Source: Bdellovibrio sp.
Lineage (GTDB): Bacteria > Bdellovibrionota > Bdellovibrionia > Bdellovibrionales > Bdellovibrionaceae
Assembly: GCA_014376935.1 (NCBI GenBank)
Contig: JACMQO010000087.1
Location: 5,289 to 69,288, forward strand
Reading direction: 5' to 3'
Length of the DNA: 64,000 bases
Under the pieces are notes generated by a model. The model worked only from the letters and a program-made list of their open reading frames with translations. It was not told the DNA's origin and did not search any database. Numbering within the stretch: the first letter of the stretch is position 1; the number at the start of each line of letters is the position of its first letter. The translations under genes and the position numbers were made by a program. This document shows, one piece after another, positions 41,979-51,923 of this stretch.

Positions 41979-44003
41979 ATGGCCTTGCATCCAGTTTCGT
42001 TCCTTAAAATGAAAAGAAATATATCAGTGTTTGTTTTAGGAGTATTAGCTCTAAATTTTTCAGCGGTTGCTGCTGAAAATATGAGTAGCGCTATTCCAGG
42101 AAAAAGAGATTTTACGTTAGATAAAGCCGTGAATCCTTGTCAGGATTTTCACCAGTATGTTTGTAACAATGTGGAAAAAAGTTTTAAGTTACGTGATGAT
42201 CGTAGTTCGCACACATTTGCGTTTGATGACTCAGATGAGCGACTTTTAGAAAAGAAAAAAGATTTTTTTAAAAATATTAAGAACGAGAAAAAACTTTCGC
42301 CGCGTTCGCAGCAATTGAAAGATTTCTATTTGTCATGCATGAATAAGCCAGCAGCTACAAAAGAAGAAAAATCTTTAGTCGGAGGTCTTGTTAAAGATGT
42401 CGCTAAAATTAAGACGATCAATGACTTTGTAAATTTGAATTTGGAAAACATGACGAATGACAAATGGTCGATGGCTTCGTACGAGATCATGCCTAATATT
42501 GATGATTCGAGTATTTATGACATGACGTTTGATGTGAATTTTATGGGCTTACCAGAGCACAGCTATTACGACAATAAAGAGTTAGTTGTTGAATACACGA
42601 AGTTGATGTCTGAGTTCTTAAATACAATTTATCCGAAAGAATCAAAAGACGATCATTTAAAACGTGCGGAAGCGATTGTTAATTTTGAAAAGAAATTTAA
42701 AGAAGTTTATCCGTTTCCAGCGGAGTTCAGACAACGTTACACGCAACCGCGTAAAGTCAGCCGCGCGGATTTCTTGAAGCAGACCAGCGCTTTAAAGTTA
42801 GATTCTTTCTTTAAAACGAACGTTCCTGATTCGACATTGCTACGTGATTTTATTCCTGAAAGTTTCGCGTTTGCAGAAAAAGAAATTAATGCCGACAACC
42901 TACAAGTTTTAAAAGATATGTACGTTTACCGCAATGCCCGTGGATACATGGATGATGCTTACCCTGAATTGTTTAAAAAACGTTGGGATTTTAGACACAA
43001 ATATTTAGGCGGCCCCATTTCGCGATCGGACAGACAAGAGCGTTGTACGATGTCAGTCATGGGATCATTTAGTCGTGAGTTAGATATCGAAATGTTACCG
43101 CGCGTATTTCCGAATTTTCCGAAAGAAAAAATGGAAGCGGTTGCTGCAAAAATTCGGGCTTCAATCGTGGCTGGTATCGAAAAAAATAATTGGTTAACGA
43201 AAGAAAGCAAAAAAGGCGCTTTAGAAAAGATTACGACGGCGAAGTTACAATTAGTACAGCCGACAACAGATCGCGAGTGGGATTTCAAACTGACGCAAAA
43301 ATTTAGCAGTACGCAGCCGTATGACAATATGAAAAAATTGGCGATGGCGGGTCATAAGCGTACGTTTGAACGTTTGCGTGAAGGTGTGAATAAAGAAGCT
43401 TGGGGTATGGGTCCATTAACGGTGAATGCTTATTATTCTCCGGACAAAAATAAATTTGTATTACCGATTGGTATTTTACAGTATCCGTTCTTTGTGGCCG
43501 AAGGTGATTTGATTGAAAACTTAGGTGCGGTTGGAACTGTTGTGGGTCATGAAATGGGCCACGGCATTGATGACGAAGGTGCTAAGTTTGATGCCAGCGG
43601 TAAATTACACCAATGGATGAAAGACGAAGACATTAAGAAATTTCAAGAGCGCGGTATGAAGATGATGGCGCAGTTTAATAAAGTGGGTCACAACGGCGCT
43701 TTGACTCAAGGTGAAAACATTGCGGATTTAGTCGGTTTAACTTTTGCGTACAACGCGGCTTTTGACCAAGGTAAGGGGTCGGCTGAAGACAAACAAAAGT
43801 TCTTCGTCGCCTACGGTCGCTTGTGGTGTAACGTGATGTTAGATAAAGCCAAAGAGATGCAGTTGAAAACAGATCCGCACAGCTTAGGTTACGCGCGTAT
43901 TAACGAGCAAGTGAAGAATCAAACCGGCTTTCAAGAGGCTTTTTCTTGTAAAAAAGGTGACGCTTTGTATTTATCTGAAGGCGATCGCATAAAAATTTGG
44001 TAG
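41979..44003 (+). CDS. M13 family (neprilysin/PepO-like) zinc metallopeptidase, probably secreted
   Basis: VNPCQDFHQYVC, VNAYY, GHEMGHG (HExxH), GENIAD, TDPHS; signal-like segment; ATG 41979 with GGAGG SD preferred over track start 41901. Confidence 0.93.
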   Translation: MALHPVSFLKMKRNISVFVLGVLALNFSAVAAENMSSAIPGKRDFTLDKAVNPCQDFHQYVCNNVEKSFKLRDDRSSHTFAFDDSDERLLEKKKDFFKNIKNEKKLSPRSQQLKDFYLSCMNKPAATKEEKSLVGGLVKDVAKIKTINDFVNLNLENMTNDKWSMASYEIMPNIDDSSIYDMTFDVNFMGLPEHSYYDNKELVVEYTKLMSEFLNTIYPKESKDDHLKRAEAIVNFEKKFKEVYPFPAEFRQRYTQPRKVSRADFLKQTSALKLDSFFKTNVPDSTLLRDFIPESFAFAEKEINADNLQVLKDMYVYRNARGYMDDAYPELFKKRWDFRHKYLGGPISRSDRQERCTMSVMGSFSRELDIEMLPRVFPNFPKEKMEAVAAKIRASIVAGIEKNNWLTKESKKGALEKITTAKLQLVQPTTDREWDFKLTQKFSSTQPYDNMKKLAMAGHKRTFERLREGVNKEAWGMGPLTVNAYYSPDKNKFVLPIGILQYPFFVAEGDLIENLGAVGTVVGHEMGHGIDDEGAKFDASGKLHQWMKDEDIKKFQERGMKMMAQFNKVGHNGALTQGENIADLVGLTFAYNAAFDQGKGSAEDKQKFFVAYGRLWCNVMLDKAKEMQLKTDPHSLGYARINEQVKNQTGFQEAFSCKKGDALYLSEGDRIKIW

Positions 44004-44015
44004 TCTTTCGGGATT

Positions 44016-44978
44016 ATGACTTTAAAGAATTTAGATCTTAATTTACGCCCGTTCAAACCGTTACTGAGTATTTGGACGGGGCATTCACAAACTTTACTTG
44101 GGCATTTTATTCCGTCGCCCGCATTAGCAAAAAAATTTGAAAATTATTTTTTAACTTTGCCCGACGGCGATCAACTGCTGCTGCATTACTTTGATAATAA
44201 ATCTGATTTTACAGTCAGTGTTTATCATGGCCTTGGTGGGTCGGCCGAAGCCGATTACGTTCGTCGTACGGCGAATTTAGGTTTGCAGCGCGGTTGGAAC
44301 GTGGTGCTGGTGAATCATCGTATGGCTTCGCATTTAGCGAAGGCTAAGAAAAGCTACCATTCGGGTCGTGGTGAAGACGCTGAAGCGATTTTAGATTGGT
44401 GCCGCGTCAAATTCGCGGGATCGAAGCAGATAGCCGTTGGTTTTTCGATGAGTGGAAGCATTTTGCTTAATTTACTAGAGAAGCGATACGGTCAGCGCAG
44501 CCCTGACTACGCTGTCATCGTGAACGCTCCGTTAAAACTAGATAGCGCGGCCGAGCTTTTAACGAAGCGTTTTTCAAAAGTCTACGATATTCGGTTTTAC
44601 TTAACTTTGAAAAAAATTATTCAAAGAGAAGAGATTGATTTAAAATTACCTTTCATTGGACAAACTAAAGATATCGATGAAGTTTACACATCGAAAAAAA
44701 ATGGCTTTATAGACGGGCAGGATTATTACACGCAGTGTTCGGCGTGGGCTTACGTCGACCGCATTGAAACTCCAACTTTTGTTTTAACGGCAGAAGATGA
44801 TCCTTTTGTGAACGTGAGCGATTATCAGACGGCGAAATGGCCGGCGTCGACTCATGTAACCATCAATAAACATGGCGGGCACATGGGTTATATTGATCAA
44901 AGAATTGATCCAAAGATTGGTCGCCGCTGGTTAGATTATTATTTGGAAACGGTATTTGATAAAATCAAAAGCTTTTAA
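44016..44978 (+). CDS. YheT-like alpha/beta hydrolase (UPF0017)
   Basis: HSQT, HGLGGS, GFSMSG nucleophile, AEDDPF, GGHMGY. Confidence 0.85.
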   Translation: MTLKNLDLNLRPFKPLLSIWTGHSQTLLGHFIPSPALAKKFENYFLTLPDGDQLLLHYFDNKSDFTVSVYHGLGGSAEADYVRRTANLGLQRGWNVVLVNHRMASHLAKAKKSYHSGRGEDAEAILDWCRVKFAGSKQIAVGFSMSGSILLNLLEKRYGQRSPDYAVIVNAPLKLDSAAELLTKRFSKVYDIRFYLTLKKIIQREEIDLKLPFIGQTKDIDEVYTSKKNGFIDGQDYYTQCSAWAYVDRIETPTFVLTAEDDPFVNVSDYQTAKWPASTHVTINKHGGHMGYIDQRIDPKIGRRWLDYYLETVFDKIKSF

Positions 44979-45949
44979 TTTGGTGGATTCATTTTAGCTA
45001 AAGCTTTTTCTGCCTTAGCGTAAAAGCCCGCGAAGTTTTTCTTTAAATACCGTTGAACTGTTTTATTTCGAACGATGTAAAATAAAAGATACGCAATTCC
45101 TAAAGATCTAATGATGGGCCAAATCATCGAACCTGCCGATTGTTCTAACTGGTAAAAAAAGAAAACCATGATGGCGACGTTTAAAATAAAAAACGGTTTT
45201 GCCATGTCTTTGAAGGCCCCTTTCCACGGGGCCATTTTCGGATGGCCATTTTCAGGTTGTAAAGACAATTGCGATTTAAATTTATTGAGGAGGCTGGCCT
45301 GAAAGAAGACCATCTCTTGCTTTTTAAAATAGCTTAATAGGACTAAGCTGACTCCTAGAATCACTTTGATCATGACGGCGAACGCGACGGTTAGAATGAG
45401 ATAGTGCCCCAGTGCGAAATTTTTAAAAACTAATTTCTCGTTCAGATAATTCAGCATTCCGATGTAATCAAAACCAAAAACAACAACATAAGTAAATAGC
45501 GATTGGATAAACGACCACAAGGTCATGATAACCGCACCCAATAATTGCCCTGCTAAGCCAGTGCCTAAAAGAAGTGTCCCTAAGTAAAAAAGGACTCCTT
45601 GGGTCATGATCGAAAACATGGGGCCGATTTTTTGTCCTGCTATCGACAAAGATTTCAAAGCGGCCGTTATACCTGATATTTCAAAAATGGATGAACGAGG
45701 TAAGTGGTCTTTATTTAAGGCATTGGCTAAAAAATACAATTGGTTCAGCGATAAGAAAAACCCGGTTAAGGGAATTTTAAAGCCATGTCCGATTGAGCCC
45801 ACGATGATTTCGATAGTGGATAAATGAACGGCGCGGTTGATCTCGCGCTCGGAAGCTGTGCCATTTGGGTTTAAAATGTTTTTCGCTTCAGAATCGTCGG
45901 GCATTGGTAGCGGCATAACTATTCGTAGCAGTTTTGGCTTAAAAATCAA
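44975..45949 (-). CDS. Uncharacterised multi-pass membrane protein
   Basis: 324 aa ORF with several hydrophobic segments; GSIGHGFKIPLTG and ALKSLS...GPM motifs. Confidence 0.7.
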   Translation of the reverse strand: MIFKPKLLRIVMPLPMPDDSEAKNILNPNGTASEREINRAVHLSTIEIIVGSIGHGFKIPLTGFFLSLNQLYFLANALNKDHLPRSSIFEISGITAALKSLSIAGQKIGPMFSIMTQGVLFYLGTLLLGTGLAGQLLGAVIMTLWSFIQSLFTYVVVFGFDYIGMLNYLNEKLVFKNFALGHYLILTVAFAVMIKVILGVSLVLLSYFKKQEMVFFQASLLNKFKSQLSLQPENGHPKMAPWKGAFKDMAKPFFILNVAIMVFFFYQLEQSAGSMIWPIIRSLGIAYLLFYIVRNKTVQRYLKKNFAGFYAKAEKALAKMNPPN

Positions 45950-46041
45950 CGGGCTTGGTTTTGTCTGTTTTTAAAGCAAGTTCAAAATCTTCAGGATTGC
46001 TTTGGCTTGAGAACGTTTTGAAAAGGTAGTATCACGGGGGC

Positions 46042-47250
46042 ATGAATGTCGATCTAATGCGAAAAATTGATTTTTATCTGGGTGTGCCACTGTGCTTTCT
46101 ATTTTCTTTCATCGATCGCCTTTTACTGATTTTTACTCCGAATCAATTGAATGGTCCCAAAAAAGCGGTGTTCATTGAGCTGAGTGAGATGGGAAGTGCT
46201 ATTTTAGCTGACCCTTGCATGCGTCAGTTGAAATCGAAAAATGTAGAAATCTTTTTTCTAATATTCAAAAAAAACAAAGCCAGCTTAAATTTACTAAAAA
46301 CTGTTCCAGAAAATAATATTTTTGTTTTGCGTGAATCAAGTATTCCGTTGTTGTTGTGGGATTCTTTACGGTTTTTCTTTTGGTGTCGAAAAAATCAAAT
46401 CAATACGTGTATTGATTTAGAATTATTTTCTAGAGTGACATCGCTATTAACTTTTTTAACCCGCGCTGATTACCGCGTTGGTTTTCACCGTTTTCATCAA
46501 GAAGGATTGTATCGCGGTCAGTTTTTGACTCATCCGATTCCATACAATCATCAAACTCATATTGCCCATAATTTTATGAATTTGATCGAGGCGTTATTTG
46601 TTCCATTATCTTCTGACGGAATTTTTAAACGTCAGACTTTAGCAGAAGACCTTATCATTTCTCAGGCCCATATTGCCGAAGCCACGACGGCTGAAATTAA
46701 AAAGCAAATTCAAGTTTTGGATCCGAATTGGAATAATGATCCGATTATTTTAGTCAACGCGAATGCCGGCGACTTTTTACCACAAAGAAAATGGCCGATC
46801 GAAAATTTTGCCGAACTTATATTAATGCTTTTAAAAGAAAATTTATCTTTACGAGTTCTGTTAACGGGTTCTCCAAGTGAAAAAGCGGATTTAGATCGAT
46901 TACATGCTTTGGTTTCACATCCCCGTTGTATTAACTTTGCAGGTGCCGTTCGTTTTGAAGAGCTTCCTGCTTTGTATACATTGTCTAAAATATTAATTAC
47001 GAATGATTCGGGTCCTGCCCATTTTTCTTCGGTCACAAAAATTAAATCGTTTGTCTTTTTTGGACCGGAAACGCCGCAGCTGTATGGCTCTTTAGGGCAA
47101 TCAACGGCCCTTTATTCGAATTATTCGTGTTCGCCGTGCGTGAGTGCCACGAACCACCGTAAAACAAATTGCACCAATAACATGTGCATTAAGGTGATCA
47201 CGCCCCAAGTTGTGTTTACCCAGGTACAGGCGGCATTTACTTCCAACTAA
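46042..47250 (+). CDS. Glycosyltransferase family 9 (heptosyltransferase-like)
   Basis: EMGSAI, RKWPIENF, LITNDSGPAHF, FFGPETP, CSPC. Confidence 0.9.
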   Translation: MNVDLMRKIDFYLGVPLCFLFSFIDRLLLIFTPNQLNGPKKAVFIELSEMGSAILADPCMRQLKSKNVEIFFLIFKKNKASLNLLKTVPENNIFVLRESSIPLLLWDSLRFFFWCRKNQINTCIDLELFSRVTSLLTFLTRADYRVGFHRFHQEGLYRGQFLTHPIPYNHQTHIAHNFMNLIEALFVPLSSDGIFKRQTLAEDLIISQAHIAEATTAEIKKQIQVLDPNWNNDPIILVNANAGDFLPQRKWPIENFAELILMLLKENLSLRVLLTGSPSEKADLDRLHALVSHPRCINFAGAVRFEELPALYTLSKILITNDSGPAHFSSVTKIKSFVFFGPETPQLYGSLGQSTALYSNYSCSPCVSATNHRKTNCTNNMCIKVITPQVVFTQVQAAFTSN

Positions 47251-48646
47251 AGCCGGTGCATTCGACTAATTTAAAGTCGATAAGGTTTTGACCTTTGTAC
47301 CTTGGCCCATCGACCCCTAAATCTTTTTGGCTATCGCAGTGAACCGAGTTTAAAAACTCGGTTTCGTTTTTCTGTTCGACCAGCATCAAAATATTATTTG
47401 CAGGCGGTAAAGCGGCCGACCAAATATCAAATTGGTCGGTACGGTGATCCAGAACGATGACATTTTCACGACCTTCAAGTTCAGAGTATAGTTTGACGCG
47501 ACTGCCGAATGTCCAATTCGTTACTCCCAAGGGATAATCAGATTTTGTAAGGCTGCGTTTTGTAAATTCGCGCCAGCCTTGGATATCGCGTTGTAAATCA
47601 CGAGAAGCGCTAAACGGTAAAAAGTGAAATGCGAGCTCGGCATGAACAAAGGTGAACAGAAGCAACCCAACAGTAAGGGCTATTTTTAATTTTTTCGTCA
47701 GGCCATTGTGGCGGCGTACATTTTCGGCGACACCCCATGGGATAGCTAGAATAAAGAAAGGCGCCGTCCAGTGTGGTAAAAAGTTTTCAAATAATGCGAA
47801 GAAACTAAAGAATACTAATGGCGTCAGTAAAAGCAAAAAATCGAAGCGGTCTTGATCGGTTTTAACTTTTGGAAAACAGTAAAAATACAGAAAACTTAAA
47901 CCCACAAATTGACTGGCTTGCGCACCCAGGAAGGCAATGATGTTCATTGTTTTAAAAGAAATGACGTGACCTGTTTGGTATTTAAAGCTGATGAAGTCGT
48001 TTTTTAAGTTCCAGATTAAAACGGGGCTTACGACAATCATTGCGATCACAACCGCCAACCAAAACGAAGGTGTTAGAAAGTCTTTTAGACTTTTTGTCTT
48101 AATCCAGTACCAAGCAATCGGTACAAGAAATAGAATCGCCGTGTACTTTGTAAGACCCGACAGCCCCAAAACAAGGCCAAAGTAGATCCAATTTGCCAAC
48201 GATTTTTTCTGCGTCAAGTTATCAACAACCAGTGTTAAAAGTGGAATCAAAATAAACAAAAAAGTGTCGGGTAAAAAGAAGAATGAAAGCGCTGAAAATA
48301 GAATCGCGATATTCAGGCCGAACAATCCCGCCAGCCGACTTTCGGTCGAGTAATTTTTTCGACGAAGCCATTCGTTGATTAAAAGTGTGCCTATGAAAGA
48401 ACTTAAAATCGCGGGAATTCGAGCTGAAACCTGAATTGGAAGTGATAGGAAATTTAGAAACAGATAATGCACCCAGCCGACTACGGGAGGGTGGTCGAAG
48501 TAAGAAAGGGCCAAATGACGTCCGTAGAGGACGTAGTGAGCTTCGTCAGTACCTAGCTCAAATTGGAAGCTAATTGCAAATCTTAACGTAGCGAAAGTTA
48601 AAGCAAGCAAGATGATTGAACGATTGTTTTTAAAATATGTTTTCAC
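47237..48646 (-). CDS. GT-C membrane glycosyltransferase (ArnT/PMT, GT39/83-like); GTG start
   Basis: DEAHY, YFDHPP, PDT, GLTKYT, SPVLIWN; multiple TM helices; GAGG SD. Confidence 0.88.
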   Translation of the reverse strand: MKTYFKNNRSIILLALTFATLRFAISFQFELGTDEAHYVLYGRHLALSYFDHPPVVGWVHYLFLNFLSLPIQVSARIPAILSSFIGTLLINEWLRRKNYSTESRLAGLFGLNIAILFSALSFFFLPDTFLFILIPLLTLVVDNLTQKKSLANWIYFGLVLGLSGLTKYTAILFLVPIAWYWIKTKSLKDFLTPSFWLAVVIAMIVVSPVLIWNLKNDFISFKYQTGHVISFKTMNIIAFLGAQASQFVGLSFLYFYCFPKVKTDQDRFDFLLLLTPLVFFSFFALFENFLPHWTAPFFILAIPWGVAENVRRHNGLTKKLKIALTVGLLLFTFVHAELAFHFLPFSASRDLQRDIQGWREFTKRSLTKSDYPLGVTNWTFGSRVKLYSELEGRENVIVLDHRTDQFDIWSAALPPANNILMLVEQKNETEFLNSVHCDSQKDLGVDGPRYKGQNLIDFKLVECTGFSWK

Positions 48647-48696
48647 TTTATTGGCCTCAGGTGGTTAACTTATATGAGCAACAAAATGATGTCAAA

Positions 48697-49785
48697 ATGG
48701 TTAAAGTTATACAAGGTACCGTATCGCCCGGATTCGGCGGTCTTGAGTTAGTAATTATCGAGTTCCACGAATGGTTAATAAATCATAAGATAGAGTCTTA
48801 TGTGATTGCTGTCGAAGGGACTCCGCTTGAGAAAAATTTGTTACGGCGAGGTTTTCGGCAGTCGACTATCAGCATACCTAATATTAAGCAAAATGAAATT
48901 CGTGATTGGAGACTTCGCTTAGATGGTGAAGATGTTGCTTTTCTGTTTCATCGTCATCAGGGCTTAAAGCAGTTGATGTTTGTAAAGCCTAAAGCCAAAG
49001 TCTCTGCGATGTCGCATACTTTTTATGACGTCAAGAAGCGCGATCTTTGGCACCGTTTTGTTTTTTCTAAAGTGGATCAATGGGTAGCATTGACTCCTTT
49101 GCACCGTGATAATTTGGTAGAGACAACGGGGGCTCCGCTCGAAAAAATTTGCGTTATTCCGAATGGAGTTAATTTGAATAAATTCGAACCTCATTTTAAG
49201 CCAATCCCAAACAAAGATGTTGCAGTTAAAATCGGAATCGTTGCCAGAGTTGATCGTCAAAAAGGACAAGAGATCGCAATCCGAGCGTTAAAAAAGTTAG
49301 TCGATGAAAAATCACGTCGTTGGACTTTGCATCTGTTCGGAGAAGATACACCTTCGGAAACTCCGATTCGCCCCCAACTAGCGAGTTTGGCAGCAGAACT
49401 TGGTATTGCTGACAACGTTATCTTCGAAGGTTTTCAAGAAAATGTCGGTGAAAAAATTCAGAACTTAGATTTAATTTGGATGCCCTCGTACAAAGAGACT
49501 TTCGGTCGTTGTATTATTGAAGGAATGGCCTCAGGTATTCCGGTCATCGCATCCAATGCCGGTGGCGTGCCTGATATAATTCAGCCTAAAAAAAATGGAT
49601 TGCTATTTGAAACGAAAAATCCAGATGATCTTTTTGAAAAAACGTTAAGTTTAATAAATGATCCGGTTTTATTTAGCGCCATTCAAAAACAGGCTCGGTT
49701 CGATGTGGAACAGAGATACAATGTCGATGAGATCTGGAGTCGATTATTTGAATGTATTTCTCCGGGAAATATTAAAATCACTTAA
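48697..49785 (+). CDS. Glycosyltransferase family 4
   Basis: GGLE, IPNGVN, VARVDRQKGQ, ETFGRCIIEGMASG, SNAGGVPDII; ATG 48697 chosen because track start 48637 overlaps the divergent gene. Confidence 0.9.
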   Translation: MVKVIQGTVSPGFGGLELVIIEFHEWLINHKIESYVIAVEGTPLEKNLLRRGFRQSTISIPNIKQNEIRDWRLRLDGEDVAFLFHRHQGLKQLMFVKPKAKVSAMSHTFYDVKKRDLWHRFVFSKVDQWVALTPLHRDNLVETTGAPLEKICVIPNGVNLNKFEPHFKPIPNKDVAVKIGIVARVDRQKGQEIAIRALKKLVDEKSRRWTLHLFGEDTPSETPIRPQLASLAAELGIADNVIFEGFQENVGEKIQNLDLIWMPSYKETFGRCIIEGMASGIPVIASNAGGVPDIIQPKKNGLLFETKNPDDLFEKTLSLINDPVLFSAIQKQARFDVEQRYNVDEIWSRLFECISPGNIKIT

Positions 49786-50705
49786 GTTGTGAAAATCGGT
49801 TCAAAGTTTTTCAGTAAATTTTTAATATGTGGTGTTTTAGTATAAATCGCATTGATATCGATGTTTAGCAGTTGATTGATGTCTGTATTTAAACCAGAAA
49901 AGGCACAGTAGAAACCAGTGGTTTGTAATCTGAAATCTAAACTTAATTCGAAAGCATGATTAAATAATTTCCGCACGCTTTGTGAATCCATTGCTTTTTT
50001 TCTGGTCGCTTCATCCGGAATTAATAAATCTAAGATATAATTAACAGCCTTGTTGTTGGGTTCTGGAAAAAGGCAGTTCGAATACAAATAAGAAACGTAG
50101 ACCAAGTGAAACGTAAGCTTTGGCCCAAGTACATCGGTTGCTTGCTGTAGCATTTGATTTACTTTTTTTGTGTGGATCGCATAAGAACCTAATTCATAAA
50201 ATAAACGCTGTTCGATAGAATCATTAAAAAGGTTAGCTAACGTTTCAACCGTGTTCGCGAAGGCTTCGGCCATAACAAGCTTGAACGCGACTTTACCTTC
50301 TGCCGGTAAAGTCGTGTCGTTCAGTTGAACGTCTTTTAAAAAGTGGTCGACCACGCAGTGGCTTGACTCGTGAAGTGTATAGTTCGGTTTTACTTTGATA
50401 ATGTCATTGCAAGTAAATCGCCCGGGATGTTTCGCTTCGATCTCTTTTAAGACCGTGACGTTGTCAAAATACGGAACCTTTTTTTCTTTCAAAATCGCAT
50501 TCAGTGAGGCGTAAGGTAAAACGGCATAATGACAGAAATCTTTGTCGGTGTATTTAAATCCCGATTTATAAAACTCGTCGCGGATATTTTTAAATACGGG
50601 ATTTTTTTTATACAAATAGCTATCTCCAAGGCTTAGCTGAATACCTTGGGGTGTGTAAGCTTGGTCATGTAGATTTAAAAGATCCTGTAGTTTAGGTGAT
50701 GACAT
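49782..50705 (-). CDS. Hypothetical protein with HExxH...E motif (possible zinc metalloprotein)
   Basis: 307 aa; LHESSH followed about 30 aa later by AEAFANTVE. Confidence 0.7.
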   Translation of the reverse strand: MSSPKLQDLLNLHDQAYTPQGIQLSLGDSYLYKKNPVFKNIRDEFYKSGFKYTDKDFCHYAVLPYASLNAILKEKKVPYFDNVTVLKEIEAKHPGRFTCNDIIKVKPNYTLHESSHCVVDHFLKDVQLNDTTLPAEGKVAFKLVMAEAFANTVETLANLFNDSIEQRLFYELGSYAIHTKKVNQMLQQATDVLGPKLTFHLVYVSYLYSNCLFPEPNNKAVNYILDLLIPDEATRKKAMDSQSVRKLFNHAFELSLDFRLQTTGFYCAFSGLNTDINQLLNIDINAIYTKTPHIKNLLKNFEPIFTT

Positions 50706-50712
50706 GATTTAA

Positions 50713-51150
50713 CTAGTTGGACTTATATAATTTTTTAGCGATGATCGAGTCGATCGAATACTTTCCGGGGCCTACTAAAAGAACCGTTAAAGCGATGACT
50801 AGGTACACAGCGGCTAATTCGAATCCTTGAATGAATCCATCACCTTTCGATGCGTGAACGTTGACTGCAACGGCCATTGTCGCAATGATTCCCAGCGAAG
50901 ATAGCGGAGTTAAAAGTCCGATGATCATTGATAAACCGCCACCAAATTCTGACAAGGCCGCTAAAGCCTGAAGAATTCCTGGTACCGGTGCATCTGGGCC
51001 CATCCACGAAAATGGAGATGTGATTTTTCCTGACCCGTGAAGAACTAAAGCAATTCCAATTATCAAACGTAAGGCCAGTAGTCCGATTGAAGCGCGTGTT
51101 GACGTTGTTTTTAAATCTGTGTTGGGAATTAAGATGGCTTTTAAGTTCAT
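50713..51150 (-). CDS. DoxX family membrane protein
   Basis: LRLIIG, HGSGK, EFGGGL, GLLTP, GFELA, GPGKYSID. Confidence 0.9.
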   Translation of the reverse strand: MNLKAILIPNTDLKTTSTRASIGLLALRLIIGIALVLHGSGKITSPFSWMGPDAPVPGILQALAALSEFGGGLSMIIGLLTPLSSLGIIATMAVAVNVHASKGDGFIQGFELAAVYLVIALTVLLVGPGKYSIDSIIAKKLYKSN

Positions 51151-51190
51151 TGTTTTCCTTTCAGGAAAGTTTGTTTTTAATAAATCTATT

Positions 51191-51814
51191 TTAAGAGCAA
51201 TGGCTAAACATTTGGTAGCGGAATAAATTCTTGATCATCGCCCGGTATCGGAAAAAAACGGTTGTTATCTTTTGTTGGCCATGGGCCCAAACTTTTTTGG
51301 CGTGTTCAATTCTTTCGTTCGAGCTGGAAACAAAATTCCAGTATATTTCGCGTGGTCCGATTGATTTTCCGCCAATTAACTTAATGTGTGAATCTTCTAC
51401 GGCTTCGATTGTCATGTCATCGGTATTTTTTCCGACGGCCATGGCGTAAGGTTCTAAATGGTCATTATCAACGCGAATAGATCCTGTGATTAAGTAGGCG
51501 GCTTGTTCGCGATTTTCAGAAGGTATAGTTAAAGCTTCACCTTTCGTCATTTCTAATTCGGCGTAAAATAAATCAGACATTACCGAAACGGGACTTGTTT
51601 GGCCAAAAACTTTTCCGACCAAATCATCTGGCGTTCTTTCAGAGTGAACAATGCCTTTACCTGGCTCGATTTCGGCGGGACCCATACGCTCAAAGAATAC
51701 AAACGGGCTAACCATGCGATGTTTAGCAAAAGGAAGGACACGGCGCACTTTAAAACCGCCAAGATCCTTTTCGCGAAGAGAAATAATTACTTCGATATCT
51801 TCTTTTGTCGTCAT
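51191..51814 (-). pseudogene. Pirin family pseudogene (two internal deletions plus a 3' frameshift)
   Basis: DLGGFKVRRVLP and GIVHSERT present but HPH metal motif and GLQLW segment absent; canonical end RFFPIPGDDQEFIPLPNV* lies in another frame ending at 51203. Confidence 0.85.
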
Positions 51815-51923
51815 GATGATTACCTTAAGAAATTAAGAAAAATTAGACAAGATTAAAAAAAAGAACTTTCTTCTAAGAAAACTTAAGTCCGAAAAAATTC
51901 CTTAAATGAGCAATTGGGCCGGC

